A DNA stretch of 64,000 nt. Source: an uncultured virus (IMG/VR IMGVR_UViG_3300031993_000052) (Duplodnaviria > Heunggongvirae > Uroviricota > Caudoviricetes). Position numbers and translations under genes: made by a program. The notes under the pieces were generated by a model. That model was not told the origin of the DNA. It ran no database searches and was given only the letters and a program-made list of their open reading frames with translations. Below are positions 39,085 through 49,571 of this stretch, one piece after another. The number at the start of each line of letters is the position of its first letter. The first letter of the stretch is position 1. The stretch lies in IMG/VR virus record IMGVR_UViG_3300031993_000052, positions 1 to 64,000 of that record. The stretch is one strand, 5' to 3'.

Positions 39085-42000
39085 ATGGCAATTCAATCTG
39101 AACTTTACGGTCTCAAATCGGCAGGAACCTACAGATTTGAGAAAGACCAGAGCGTGACATTGACAACAGTGGCACCGCTCGAAAACATTAGAATGCTTGT
39201 CGGTTTCTCGAAGAAGGGCCCTTTCAACACCCCTGTCCTGATTAACACGACAAAGGAATTTATCGACACATTCGGTGACATTGACCGCTCGCTTGAAAAG
39301 AAAGGCGCGTTCTTCCACAGAAGTTGCCTTGCCGCTTTGAGCGCTGGACCAATCTACTGCCTCAACCTCCTCAAACTCACAGACGAGGATGTGGTTGACG
39401 TTATGAAATTCTCGACGTCCGCAACTTGCAGGGTGCAGACCTGCAACCCGACGCTTGAAGACAGAAGTATGCCGAAATTCTCGTATCGCGGAATGTACAA
39501 CATCGACACGTTCTACACTCCGTCCGAGGAAAGTTTCCTTTATACCGTCGGTCGCAGCAATGTCTATGACCACAGCGGAAACTCTACAAACGACATTCTC
39601 GATTTCACAAACATCGGAAAATCCCCCGTTTCAGTCATCGTGACAAAGGCAAGCGCATACAACGCAAGCGGTTTTCAAGTCACGGCGCAGGAATGGTACG
39701 GCAAGGGCAATGTCCCCGCTTTCCTTCACGACACCTCCTACATCAGCGACTTTATGGTCGATGTGTATGTGTTGAGCGGAAATTGGGGCGGCGACTTCGC
39801 AAACGAGGACGGAAAGGAACCTTATGAGAGATTCGCTTCCGACATCAAATTCAGCAAGTATTTCGACAGCAAGGGCGGTCTTATCCGCAGAAAGAATGCA
39901 ACCGATACGACAGACACCCTGTTCGCGCAGTTCCTCAACGAACCCGATGTGAACCTCATCGGCAAGTATACAGGATGCCTTATCCCAGGTTTTGTGGACA
40001 AGAACGGTCGCAATATGTACATCGAGTACCTCATCAACAGCGACACCTCCACGAACGGTCTTATGTGCGCTGTCAATGAACAGATTTTCGACGGCGACGT
40101 CCTTATTGACGGCGACACCAACGGTATCGACCTTATCGGAAACTCCCTCTACGACGCCATTGAAAAAGGTCTCGCGGACAATGTGAACTACCTTTCATAC
40201 AACGGCATTGTTACAGGCAACGTTTCAACCAACGGCGAACATTGGAACCTCTGTGAAGAGGGCGACGGCAATACACTGACACTCATTGAAAACGAGGAAA
40301 GCAGCGCATTGCGTGAATTTGAACCGATTGACGGAACAAGCGACGCCACAATCGGACTCCTCAAGTGCGTGTTCGGAAGCAACGACCACAAGACATTCAG
40401 CGAATATGTCTATTACTATGACGAAAAGGACGGAATGTATGTCGAACCTTCTGACGAGGGGACAACCCCTGACGCAAGAAACGCATTTGCTTGGGGTGAA
40501 ATCTTCAACGAAGTTTCAAACGGAAAGAAAGTGTATATGGTGCTGAACGGGGAAGGAACTTCAAACAAGAAACTTGTCCCTGTGACTTCAATCAAGAAAT
40601 CATATCTCTATGACTATGTTGACAGAACCCTCCCAAGAAGCGTGAAAAGCGATGTGCAGGATGCACTTGACGCAAAATACACAGAGGGTGGAAGCATCAA
40701 GTACACAAAGAGCATTATGAACTCCAACCCGATTGTGAAGTACGAAGTGGTGCTCACGAGCGAGAACGCAATCGAGTACACGGGCAGTGACATTGAAAAC
40801 GTTGTCACAAACGGGTATGTGATTGCTTCGGAGTTCGACAAGTTCAACGCTGCATACAACAATAATGGCAACACCGCCGCTGTCCTTTTCCTTGAAGGCA
40901 CGAGTGTCTATGAAAACCTCTCTTCAATCGGAACAAACGACAGTCTTGTGATTTCTTTCGACGGAGACGACTATACGAATGCAAGAGTCTACGACATCAA
41001 CTGGACTAACGACTCGATTCCTGTCAAGACGATTCAGTTCAACAACTCAAGCGACATCTATGAAATCGCAAACAGCAACTACGCACCTGATTATGTACTT
41101 GCATTGTTCAACACAAAGAACGGCGATAATACAGTACTTGAAGGAGATGTCGCCACCGACGATTTCTACACATTCGTTGACAAGAAACTTGCCGAAGGAT
41201 TTTCCATCGTACTCGGAACGCAGAACCTCGAAACGACTGTCGTGGTTTACAAGGAGAAAAACGGCGTTCAGGCAAAACCGAACGAGTTCATCATTCCTGT
41301 CAACACAAACGACAGCGCCTATGACTGCGTGAAGGTCGGCAACTACGCACTTTCCAAATACGGTGACGGACACCGCCTCACCCGTATCGTGAACATCACA
41401 GGCGTCGCCAATGAACAAGGCATTGTAGATTACAGACTCGTTGCCTGCCAAGACAACGTGGACATCGTGACCGAACAATTCAACATTGTTGAAAACGAAA
41501 GCGTCAATACCCTCGAAATCTTCGGCAACCTCTGCGATTGGTTCAACTGCTACAATGTGTTCACACTCGGCGGTTTCAAGATGCAGGCATCACACCAACC
41601 TGACGGAACGAATGCAAGACAGCACGAAATCCTCGACCTCCTTGCAGAGAACTCGGAGGATTCCAACCTGTTCAACGCACTCATCGACAGGGAACTCATC
41701 CAATTCCGTTATTTGGTTGACACCTTCGGACTCGGTATCGAGGAGATGTGCAAGAAACAGTACACCAACCTCTGCAAGAACAGAAAATCTGCGTTCGCAA
41801 TCGTCAACGCACCTTCCTGCAACGATTTCAAGAACAGCGAAGACCCGTCGTTCGTAGACAAGAACAAGGCGGTTTCCGCAGAGTTCATTGCAAAGGGAGG
41901 CGACCCGAACACCAATCCTTCATTCCTGTTCTCACTTCCTGACAAGGTGAACGGTTCTACTTGGGGCGGTTATTACTACCCGTACCTCAAGGTGTATTCA

Positions 42001-42597
42001 AACTACACGACAATCAACGTTCCGCCCGCCGCATACGTTTCCAACAACTATGTCGCCAAATACGGTTCAGGTATGCCTTGGACTGTCGTGGCAGGTCAGA
42101 ACAGAGGTGTGGTCAGCGGCAACAACGTTGTCGGTGTTGAAGCAAGTCTTATCCGCGACAACCGCGATTGGTTGGAACCTTTCGGAATCAACTCAATCAT
42201 CTATGAAAACGGAGTGGGTTGCGTAATCTATGCGAACAAGACCGCACAGCAGAACCCGCAGAGCGCATTGAGTTCAATCAATGTTCGCGAAGTGTGCATC
42301 TACATCCAAGACGGAATTGAGAAGATTTTGAGAAACTATCTGTTCGAGTCCAACACCGCACAGACAAGACTTGAAATCAAGACCCTCGTTGACAACTTCC
42401 TCGACATTGTCAAATCAAACTTCGGCGTCTATGACTTCCATACCGTTATGGATACGTCAAACAACACTAACGAGGTGATTGACAAGAATATGGGGGTCAT
42501 CTCGGTCTATGTGGAGCCGGTCCGAGCAATGGAGATTTTGGTACAACAACTCACTATTCTCAAGACGGGTGCAATCGAAAGTGGAACATTTGAGTAG
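39085..42597 (+). CDS. tail sheath protein (gp18-like) with large insertion domains
   Basis: N-terminal G.YRFE.D...VGFSKKGPFNTP; C-terminal YYPY...VPPAA...AG.NRG...IN.I...INVR...FESN...TR; late promoter at 39033. Confidence 0.92.
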   Translation: MAIQSELYGLKSAGTYRFEKDQSVTLTTVAPLENIRMLVGFSKKGPFNTPVLINTTKEFIDTFGDIDRSLEKKGAFFHRSCLAALSAGPIYCLNLLKLTDEDVVDVMKFSTSATCRVQTCNPTLEDRSMPKFSYRGMYNIDTFYTPSEESFLYTVGRSNVYDHSGNSTNDILDFTNIGKSPVSVIVTKASAYNASGFQVTAQEWYGKGNVPAFLHDTSYISDFMVDVYVLSGNWGGDFANEDGKEPYERFASDIKFSKYFDSKGGLIRRKNATDTTDTLFAQFLNEPDVNLIGKYTGCLIPGFVDKNGRNMYIEYLINSDTSTNGLMCAVNEQIFDGDVLIDGDTNGIDLIGNSLYDAIEKGLADNVNYLSYNGIVTGNVSTNGEHWNLCEEGDGNTLTLIENEESSALREFEPIDGTSDATIGLLKCVFGSNDHKTFSEYVYYYDEKDGMYVEPSDEGTTPDARNAFAWGEIFNEVSNGKKVYMVLNGEGTSNKKLVPVTSIKKSYLYDYVDRTLPRSVKSDVQDALDAKYTEGGSIKYTKSIMNSNPIVKYEVVLTSENAIEYTGSDIENVVTNGYVIASEFDKFNAAYNNNGNTAAVLFLEGTSVYENLSSIGTNDSLVISFDGDDYTNARVYDINWTNDSIPVKTIQFNNSSDIYEIANSNYAPDYVLALFNTKNGDNTVLEGDVATDDFYTFVDKKLAEGFSIVLGTQNLETTVVVYKEKNGVQAKPNEFIIPVNTNDSAYDCVKVGNYALSKYGDGHRLTRIVNITGVANEQGIVDYRLVACQDNVDIVTEQFNIVENESVNTLEIFGNLCDWFNCYNVFTLGGFKMQASHQPDGTNARQHEILDLLAENSEDSNLFNALIDRELIQFRYLVDTFGLGIEEMCKKQYTNLCKNRKSAFAIVNAPSCNDFKNSEDPSFVDKNKAVSAEFIAKGGDPNTNPSFLFSLPDKVNGSTWGGYYYPYLKVYSNYTTINVPPAAYVSNNYVAKYGSGMPWTVVAGQNRGVVSGNNVVGVEASLIRDNRDWLEPFGINSIIYENGVGCVIYANKTAQQNPQSALSSINVREVCIYIQDGIEKILRNYLFESNTAQTRLEIKTLVDNFLDIVKSNFGVYDFHTVMDTSNNTNEVIDKNMGVISVYVEPVRAMEILVQQLTILKTGAIESGTFE

Positions 42598-42615
42598 ACC
42601 TTTTTCAACTTGTAT

Positions 42616-42652
42616 AAATAAAGGGAGAGCATTTTGTTCTCCCTTTATTTTT
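42616..42652 (+). terminator. intrinsic terminator overlapping a TATAAATA
   Basis: AAATAAAGGGAGAGC/GTTCTCCCTTTATTT. Confidence 0.7.
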
Positions 42653-42665
42653 ATGTTGTTTAATT

Positions 42666-44648
42666 ATGAAAAAAGACATTATTATTAAATTGTTGAACAC
42701 TCCGTCAAAGGACGGCGGTATGCGAAACCTGACAGAAAAAGGCATTATGAATAAATTTCCTGATTTATATGAATTTCTTATCGGATTTGATTTTCCAAAA
42801 GATTTTACAATAAAGCAAATGATTTATCATTACATCAATGATGATGTTGAATGTAATATTGGTGTTTGTGACTGCGGAAAAAGGTGTAAGTTTTTAAGCA
42901 TAAATGAAGGATATTGCAAACATTGTTCTGTAAAATGTTCAAGAAATTCAAAGGATGTCAATGAAAAGAGAAAGAACACCTGTTTGAAAAAGTATGGTGT
43001 GGACAGTCCTTCAAAATCAGATGTTGTAAAAGAAAAGAGGAAACAAACATTTATAGACAAGTTTGGTGTTGAACACCCTATGCTGTTGGATGAAATTAAA
43101 GAAAAGATAAAGAATACCAATATGGAACGATATGGGGTTGAATGTGTTTTTCAATCAAATGAAATAAAAGAAAAGATAAAAGAAACAAACATAGAAAAAT
43201 ATGGTTGGGAGAATCCTATGTGTTCCGATGAAGTAAAAGAAAAGATAAAAGAAACCAATATGGAAAAATATGGTGTTTCACACCCTTTGCAATCGGATGA
43301 AATAAAAGAAAAGATAAAAGAAACCAATATGGAACGATATGGGGTTGAAAATGTCGGTCAAACAGATGTAGTGCGTGAGAAGGCAAAGAAAACAAACATA
43401 GAGAAATATGGTGTGGAATGCCATTTTCAATCGGACGAAATCAAAGAAAAGATAAAGAATACCAATATGGAACGATATGGGGTGAAAAATGTTTTTCAAT
43501 CGGATGAAATAAAAGAAAAGATAAAAGAAACCAATATGGAACGATATGGGGTGGAAAAACCAGCACAATGTGATTCTGTAAAGGCGAAGGCAATACAGAC
43601 AACAGTTGAACGATATGGCGTGAAATATCCTATGCAGTCCGATAGAATAAAAGAAAAGGCAATGGAGACAAACGCCAAACGATATGGCGTGAAATATATA
43701 ACACAATCAAATGAAATAAAAGAAAAGATAAAAAATACAAATCTTGAAAAATATGGAGTGGAATGGTTTTGTCAAACAAGCGCGGCAAGGAATTATTCAA
43801 ATGATTCAAAACCGAATTTAAGTTTTGCCGCCAGTCTTGATAAGTGCAATATAGTATATGACCGTGAGTATCCAATATCCCATTATTCCTATGATTTTAT
43901 CGTTGGAAATTATTTGGTTGAAATAAACCCCACAATAACACACAACAGTCATATAAGTATATTCAATGGAAAGGTAAAAAACAGTTCGTACCATTCGGAT
44001 AAATCACAAACTGCTTTGAATAAAGGTTATTTCTGCATACACGTTTGGGATTGGGATGACCAAGACAAAATTGTTAATATGCTTAAACCAAAAAATGTAG
44101 TATATGCAAGAAATCTTGAAATTCGTGACGTTTCCGTAGAATCGGCAAGTTTGTTTTTGAACACATATCATTTACAAAACACTTGTAAGGGTCAACGTGT
44201 AATATATGGTTTATATATGGACGATATGTTGGTTGAACTTATGTCATTCGGAAATCCGAGGTATAACAGGAACTATGAATGGGAACTTTTAAGACTTTGC
44301 ACGCATAAAGACTACACTGTGGTTGGTGGTGCGGAAAGACTTTTCAAGCATTTTATATTGACAAATAAACCGAAATCAATCATCAGTTATTGTGACAATT
44401 CAAAGTTCAGCGGACACGTCTATGAAAAACTTGGTTTCAAAATCCTTCGTTCATCCAAACCGACTTGTCATTGGTATAACTTGAAAACAAAACAGCACAT
44501 TACAGATAATTTATTGAGACAACGTGGGTTTGACCAACTGTTCGGCACAAACTATGGAAAGGGTACTTCAAATAAAGAACTTATGCTTGAATATGGGTTT
44601 CTTCCTGTATATGACTGCGGGCAGACAAGTTTTGTTTGGAATTTATGA
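42666..44648 (+). CDS. repeat-rich putative homing endonuclease with C-terminal GNAT/Mom-like domain
   Basis: Cys cluster; about 12 copies of a 22-aa KIKETNMERYGVE..FQS.E repeat; YDF...VEIN...H...IHVWDWD nuclease-like block; LLRLC...GGAERLF...SYCD...G.VY.KLGF. AT-rich. Confidence 0.65.
   Translation: MKKDIIIKLLNTPSKDGGMRNLTEKGIMNKFPDLYEFLIGFDFPKDFTIKQMIYHYINDDVECNIGVCDCGKRCKFLSINEGYCKHCSVKCSRNSKDVNEKRKNTCLKKYGVDSPSKSDVVKEKRKQTFIDKFGVEHPMLLDEIKEKIKNTNMERYGVECVFQSNEIKEKIKETNIEKYGWENPMCSDEVKEKIKETNMEKYGVSHPLQSDEIKEKIKETNMERYGVENVGQTDVVREKAKKTNIEKYGVECHFQSDEIKEKIKNTNMERYGVKNVFQSDEIKEKIKETNMERYGVEKPAQCDSVKAKAIQTTVERYGVKYPMQSDRIKEKAMETNAKRYGVKYITQSNEIKEKIKNTNLEKYGVEWFCQTSAARNYSNDSKPNLSFAASLDKCNIVYDREYPISHYSYDFIVGNYLVEINPTITHNSHISIFNGKVKNSSYHSDKSQTALNKGYFCIHVWDWDDQDKIVNMLKPKNVVYARNLEIRDVSVESASLFLNTYHLQNTCKGQRVIYGLYMDDMLVELMSFGNPRYNRNYEWELLRLCTHKDYTVVGGAERLFKHFILTNKPKSIISYCDNSKFSGHVYEKLGFKILRSSKPTCHWYNLKTKQHITDNLLRQRGFDQLFGTNYGKGTSNKELMLEYGFLPVYDCGQTSFVWNL
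42960..43770 (+). repeat. 66-bp coding tandem repeats
   Basis: Recurrent GAAATAAAAGAAAAGATAAAAGAAACCAATATGGAACGATATGGGG units. Confidence 0.8.
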
Positions 44649-44697
44649 ATTTGATGTTGCGAGTATGGTATAAATATACCGAATATAATTTCCAACT

Positions 44698-45366
44698 ATG
44701 AAGAATGTTTTCAAATACGATGAGTTCGTAGGAACTGTGAACGAGAGCAGGTATGAGACAGGCAGGGTGGACAAGTACCACAACCGCGAATATAATTGGA
44801 AGGTCGTGTTTGACGACCTGAAAAAGGTTGTTCTCGGAAGAAAGAAGATGACCAAACCCCTTTATCAGGCATTGTGCCATTTCACAATCGCACATTACAA
44901 TATGTGGGGTTGGATTGATTACTATAACGGAAATTGGGGCGAACTCGCAAGCGAACTCAATCCCCATCCCTATGGTGACTTTGACGCATCCGACCGCGCC
45001 CCGTTTGATGACATTCAGAACTTTCTGAACCAACATAGCAGGAACACCATACAAAGCCCCTATGAGAGCGTGTCTAATGAAAACGGCGCAATCTTGAACG
45101 AGGGTCTCGTTTCAACCATCAAGGCGAAAAGCAGAATCACGAAGGTTCAGGCGGCGGTTTTTGACAAGGCGTCCGAACTCATTGAAAAGAACCCGAAGAA
45201 ATACAAGGACGGAAACGATGTGTTGAGAGACCTTGAAAACGACGCGAAGAAACTTTATGAAAAGGAACTTGGTGAGTTCATCAAGAACAAGGACATCATC
45301 ACCGCTGACGAATGGTGGAAGAACTTTTCAAAAAGCGCGGCAATGGTGATTGTTCCCGAAGTGTAG
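44698..45366 (+). CDS. putative internal head protein
   Basis: Late promoter; N-terminus MKNVFKYDEFVGTVNES resembles T4 capsid-targeting leaders; lies before the capsid gene. Confidence 0.5.
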   Translation: MKNVFKYDEFVGTVNESRYETGRVDKYHNREYNWKVVFDDLKKVVLGRKKMTKPLYQALCHFTIAHYNMWGWIDYYNGNWGELASELNPHPYGDFDASDRAPFDDIQNFLNQHSRNTIQSPYESVSNENGAILNEGLVSTIKAKSRITKVQAAVFDKASELIEKNPKKYKDGNDVLRDLENDAKKLYEKELGEFIKNKDIITADEWWKNFSKSAAMVIVPEV

Positions 45367-45392
45367 CGGTACATAATCACCCCAACAACCAC

Positions 45393-45421
45393 AAAACCTT
45401 CCGAAATCGGAAGGTTTTTTT
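45393..45421 (+). terminator. intrinsic terminator
   Basis: AAAACCTTCCGA-aa-TCGGAAGGTTTTTT. Confidence 0.8.
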
Positions 45422-45623
45422 CTGTCAAGATATATCACTGATATATCATCATTTTATACAAATGCCTGTTTTTCAGTCGTTACGGTAGAAATGTTATTTT
45501 TAGGTGTGTTGTAAAACAGCACATATAAATATATAACAGGAATGCGGAAATCTTTTGGATTATAGAAGAAAAGAATCCGCCGAAAAAGATTAGCATTCAC
45601 ACAAAGAATATACTTTAAGTATT

Positions 45624-47444
45624 ATGTACAATATGGCTATCAATGAAAGTCAGGTTGTTGCTACTTGGGGACAGCACATTAAGGAATCCCTCGGTATCAC
45701 TGACGAATCAAAACTCCAATGGATGTCGAAATATGCTTATCTTCACGATTTGCACGACAAGAAGATGATTGCGGAGTCTGTTGACGGACACGCACACCTC
45801 AACCCGAATATGAACATCGGCGGTATGGGCGCCATCAATTTCCCTGGTGCTGCCACCAACAACACCTATGACCGTTCACTCGCAGGTTCAGGTGACAATG
45901 TGTACAGCGTTCTTCCTTTGGCACTCCAAGTCGCTGCACAGACCATCGCTCTTGACTTGGTTCCTGTGGTTCCGATGCAAGGTCCTCACGGTCTGCTCCA
46001 ATACCTTGACTATGTGTATGAAGGCGGTCGTCTGAACAATATGGGTGGAAGCGAATACACCTCTCCGTTGTATAACGGCAAACCTGAAAACTTCGCTTCT
46101 CCTTATATGATTAAGGCAAACATCACCGCTATGGACGGTGCTGGTACCGACGCTGAAAAATTCATTTTCCGTCCGAACTCAACCTATCACTTCAAAGGCA
46201 ACGATGATTATGAACTGACCTACATCTATCCTAACCGTATTGACGGTAAACCGTTGTTCCGCGTGATTGAAAAATCACACTATGCAGGTCAGAAGATGGT
46301 CGGTGGAGAAAACGCTTCAACTCCGATTTACGTTCTCTTCGACAATCTTATGTCAGACGGTTCCAACAAGACCACTCTCGTCTGCGATGAGTACATTGAC
46401 AAAGACAATGTTAAGCACACTGACTTTGAAATGACCATCACAGCCGCCAACGGTATTGAAAACGTCCGTGCATTTGAAGACCACGTCACTTCATTCAGCG
46501 GTGAAGGTTTCCTGAAGAAAACCGTCACAAGCAACAATCCTTACACCCGTGAAATGGGCGAGGCAACCCCAGGTCGTAAAATCGGTCTCAAGTCCTACAC
46601 TTTGGACATCAAGGCAATGACCCTGAAAGTTGACTCCGCTATCACCCGTGAGCAGGTTCAAGACCTCAAGCAGTTCGGTATCGACGCTATTTCCCAAGCA
46701 GAAGCTGCACTCGTGAACGAACTCACACAGGGCATCAACAAAATCATCCTTGAAAAGATGTTCAACCTTGGTGCTCTCAATGCAGTTCAACTTCAAGAAG
46801 TTGAAGGTCGCAACCTTATCTCCGCTTGGTTCGTGAATGGTGAACCCGCTTCCACTACTGACAAAACCACTAACATTTGGTTGGGTGACAAATACAACAA
46901 AGAAACAGGCGAACTTGAAGGTAAATATGTTGCCGAAAACATTCCTTACACCAACGTCACAGGCGGCGGTGAAGTGATGGGCACCATCCAACGTCGTATT
47001 ATGACCAAAATCATCGCTGCTTCCAACGTGATTGCAGTCCGTGGTCGTAGAGGCGCAGGTACCTTCGCAGTCTGCTCCGGCACCATCGGTACCGCTCTCC
47101 AAGATTGCGCAGGTTTTATGCCTTATCCGCTTTCTAACACCATCTCCGCTAACGGCAACAGTCTGTATCCGATTGGCGCACTTGCTGGCATCAGCATCTA
47201 CGTCGACCCGAATATGGCATTCAACGATATGCGCGTTGTGGTCGGTCGCAAGGGTAAAGAGAACGAACCAGGCATCGTGTTCTGCCCTTACCTTATGGCA
47301 GACAAAGTCGAAACTACAAGCGAGTTCACGATGGCACCTGTCATCTCCCTCCAATCTCGTTTCGCTTGTGTTGAGGCAGGTATCTACCCGCAGACGCAGT
47401 ACTACACTTTCAGTATCAAACTCGACGGTGTAAGTCTTGTCTAA
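45624..47444 (+). CDS. major capsid protein (gp23-like)
   Basis: DLVPVVPMQGP.G...LDYVY; E..QDLK..GID...E..L.NE; GI.IYVDP...VVGRKG...PG..FCPY; late promoter; strong codon bias. Confidence 0.93.
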   Translation: MYNMAINESQVVATWGQHIKESLGITDESKLQWMSKYAYLHDLHDKKMIAESVDGHAHLNPNMNIGGMGAINFPGAATNNTYDRSLAGSGDNVYSVLPLALQVAAQTIALDLVPVVPMQGPHGLLQYLDYVYEGGRLNNMGGSEYTSPLYNGKPENFASPYMIKANITAMDGAGTDAEKFIFRPNSTYHFKGNDDYELTYIYPNRIDGKPLFRVIEKSHYAGQKMVGGENASTPIYVLFDNLMSDGSNKTTLVCDEYIDKDNVKHTDFEMTITAANGIENVRAFEDHVTSFSGEGFLKKTVTSNNPYTREMGEATPGRKIGLKSYTLDIKAMTLKVDSAITREQVQDLKQFGIDAISQAEAALVNELTQGINKIILEKMFNLGALNAVQLQEVEGRNLISAWFVNGEPASTTDKTTNIWLGDKYNKETGELEGKYVAENIPYTNVTGGGEVMGTIQRRIMTKIIAASNVIAVRGRRGAGTFAVCSGTIGTALQDCAGFMPYPLSNTISANGNSLYPIGALAGISIYVDPNMAFNDMRVVVGRKGKENEPGIVFCPYLMADKVETTSEFTMAPVISLQSRFACVEAGIYPQTQYYTFSIKLDGVSLV

Positions 47445-47466
47445 CCTTTAATTAGGACTGATATTT

Positions 47467-47496
47467 AAGGGGTTGTGATTTCACAACCCCTTTTTT
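47467..47496 (+). terminator. intrinsic terminator
   Basis: AAGGGGTTGTGA-tt-TCACAACCCCTTTTTT. Confidence 0.85.
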
Positions 47497-47616
47497 ATTT
47501 TTAGGAACTCATTGAAACCAATTCATAACAACAACGGCAAATCTCGATTGAAAAAAAATCTATAAATAAAGTGATGTGACATTTTTTTTGTATTTTTGCA
47601 AAGTGAAAATCAGACT

Positions 47617-49560
47617 ATGAACAGAGATGAATTGAAACGATTGTTGCTGCTTCCGAAATCGGAAGGCGGTATAAACCAAATCCAAGAAAGCGGGTTTGCG
47701 AAAATGTTTCCTGAAGAATATGCCGAATTGTGCGGCATTGACTTTCCGAACGGGTTTACATTCAGGCAGAAACTTTATCATTGGTTGAACGGTGATTTTG
47801 GTCTTGCGCTCGGATTCTGCAAGAAATGCGGAAAGCGTTGTTCATTCAAGAACCTGTCAAAAGGTTATTTTGATTATTGCAGCAATTCCTGTGCGCAGAG
47901 TTCCGATGAGAACATAAAAAAAGTGAAAGCGACCAAACTTGAAAGGTACGGTGAAGAGAACTACAACAACAGGGAAAAATCAAAACGTACTTGTATGGAG
48001 GCGTATGGTGTTGACAATCCGTTGAAATCCGGCGATGTTGTGGAAAAGGGAAAACGCACCAAACTTGAAAGATACGGCGATGAGAATTACAACAACAGAA
48101 AAAAGGCGTCGGACACAAAACTTGAAAAGTATGGTGATTCGGCATATAACAACCAACAGAAATACAAACAAACCTGCATTGAGAAATACGGAGTGGAAAA
48201 CGTGTTCCAACTTCAGTCGGTGAGTGAGAAAATACACGACACTATGATGGACAAATATGGTGTCGGGCATTCGATGCAGTCTCCTGTTTTTCAAGAAAAG
48301 GCGAAAGACACGAACCGCAAGCGATACGGGAGCGACTATGTTATGCAGAATGATGAGGTGAAGCATAAGTCCCGTGACACCAATATTGAGAAGTACGGTC
48401 ACCCTTGCAGTTTGCAGAATGACGAAGTTAAGGAAAAGGCGAGGAACACTATGATTGAAAAGTATGGTGTCGAGCACAATTCGCAGACGAAGGAGTTTTG
48501 GGAGAAATACAAAGACACTTGTGTGGAGAAATACGGCGTGGAGCACCCTTCTATGAGCGAAGACGTCAAGGACAAGATGAAGCATACTTGTATTGAACGC
48601 TACGGCGTGGAGTATGCGTCGCAGAGCGATGAGTTCAAGAAAAGGGTGATGGAGACGAACCGCAGGCTGTACGGGGTTGATTGGTATTGTATGACTTCGG
48701 AGTGCAGGTTGCACGGAAACGACAGCAAGGTGAACCTGAATTTCGCCAAGACGCTTGAGGATTCAACAATACCGTTCGAGCGTGAATTTCCGTTGGAAGG
48801 GTATTCTTACGATTTCAAGGTCGGAAATGTGCTTATAGAACTCAACCCGACCATAACCCACAATTCAGCGGTCAACATATATGGTGGGAACCCGAAAGAC
48901 GAGAACTATCACTTTGCGAAATCGAACACTGCGGAATTGCACGGACTCTCCTGCATTCATATTTGGGATTGGGACGACAAGGCGAAGATAGTCCGTATGC
49001 TGAAACCCAAAACAATTCTGTATGCAAGGAAGTTGGTTCTGCGTGAAGTCGACGCCGTTTCCTGCGACCGTTTTTTGAACGAGCACCATTTGCAGAATAC
49101 TTGCAAGGGGCAGTCTGTCTGCTTGGGTCTGTATATGGACGATGTGTTGGTTGAGGTTATGACATTCGGCAAACCGAGATACAACAAGAATTACGAATGG
49201 GAACTTTTGAGGCTTTGCACACATTGCGATTACAAGATTGTAGGCGGAGCGGAACGATTGTACAGTCATTTTGTGAAGTCATACATCCCGAAATCAATCA
49301 TAAGTTATTGCGACAACAGCAAGTTCAACGGCGGAGTGTACAAAAGACTCGGAATGTCGTTGCTGCGCCTGTCCAAACCGAGCAAACATTGGTGGAACGG
49401 AAAACGGCATATCACGGACAACTTTTTGAGGCAGCGCGGGTTTGACCAACTGTTCGGCGCCAACTACGGAAAGGGGACGGACAACAACGAACTTATGCTT
49501 GAACACGGTTTTTTGCCAATCTATGATTGTGGACAGATGACTTTTGTTGTTGAATTTTAA
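47617..49560 (+). CDS. repeat-rich putative homing endonuclease with GNAT/Mom-like domain (paralogue of 42666)
   Basis: Same architecture with a very similar C-terminal ~280 aa; preceded by TATAAATA (47561) and a Bacteroidota-type TATTTTTG (47591). Confidence 0.65.
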   Translation: MNRDELKRLLLLPKSEGGINQIQESGFAKMFPEEYAELCGIDFPNGFTFRQKLYHWLNGDFGLALGFCKKCGKRCSFKNLSKGYFDYCSNSCAQSSDENIKKVKATKLERYGEENYNNREKSKRTCMEAYGVDNPLKSGDVVEKGKRTKLERYGDENYNNRKKASDTKLEKYGDSAYNNQQKYKQTCIEKYGVENVFQLQSVSEKIHDTMMDKYGVGHSMQSPVFQEKAKDTNRKRYGSDYVMQNDEVKHKSRDTNIEKYGHPCSLQNDEVKEKARNTMIEKYGVEHNSQTKEFWEKYKDTCVEKYGVEHPSMSEDVKDKMKHTCIERYGVEYASQSDEFKKRVMETNRRLYGVDWYCMTSECRLHGNDSKVNLNFAKTLEDSTIPFEREFPLEGYSYDFKVGNVLIELNPTITHNSAVNIYGGNPKDENYHFAKSNTAELHGLSCIHIWDWDDKAKIVRMLKPKTILYARKLVLREVDAVSCDRFLNEHHLQNTCKGQSVCLGLYMDDVLVEVMTFGKPRYNKNYEWELLRLCTHCDYKIVGGAERLYSHFVKSYIPKSIISYCDNSKFNGGVYKRLGMSLLRLSKPSKHWWNGKRHITDNFLRQRGFDQLFGANYGKGTDNNELMLEHGFLPIYDCGQMTFVVEF

Positions 49561-49571
49561 TTCTGTTGTTT

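Noticed and set aside
42960..43770. 66-bp repeats as a CRISPR or DGR-type array
   Set aside because: They are in-frame coding repeats of a 22-aa unit; no cas or reverse transcriptase gene lies nearby.
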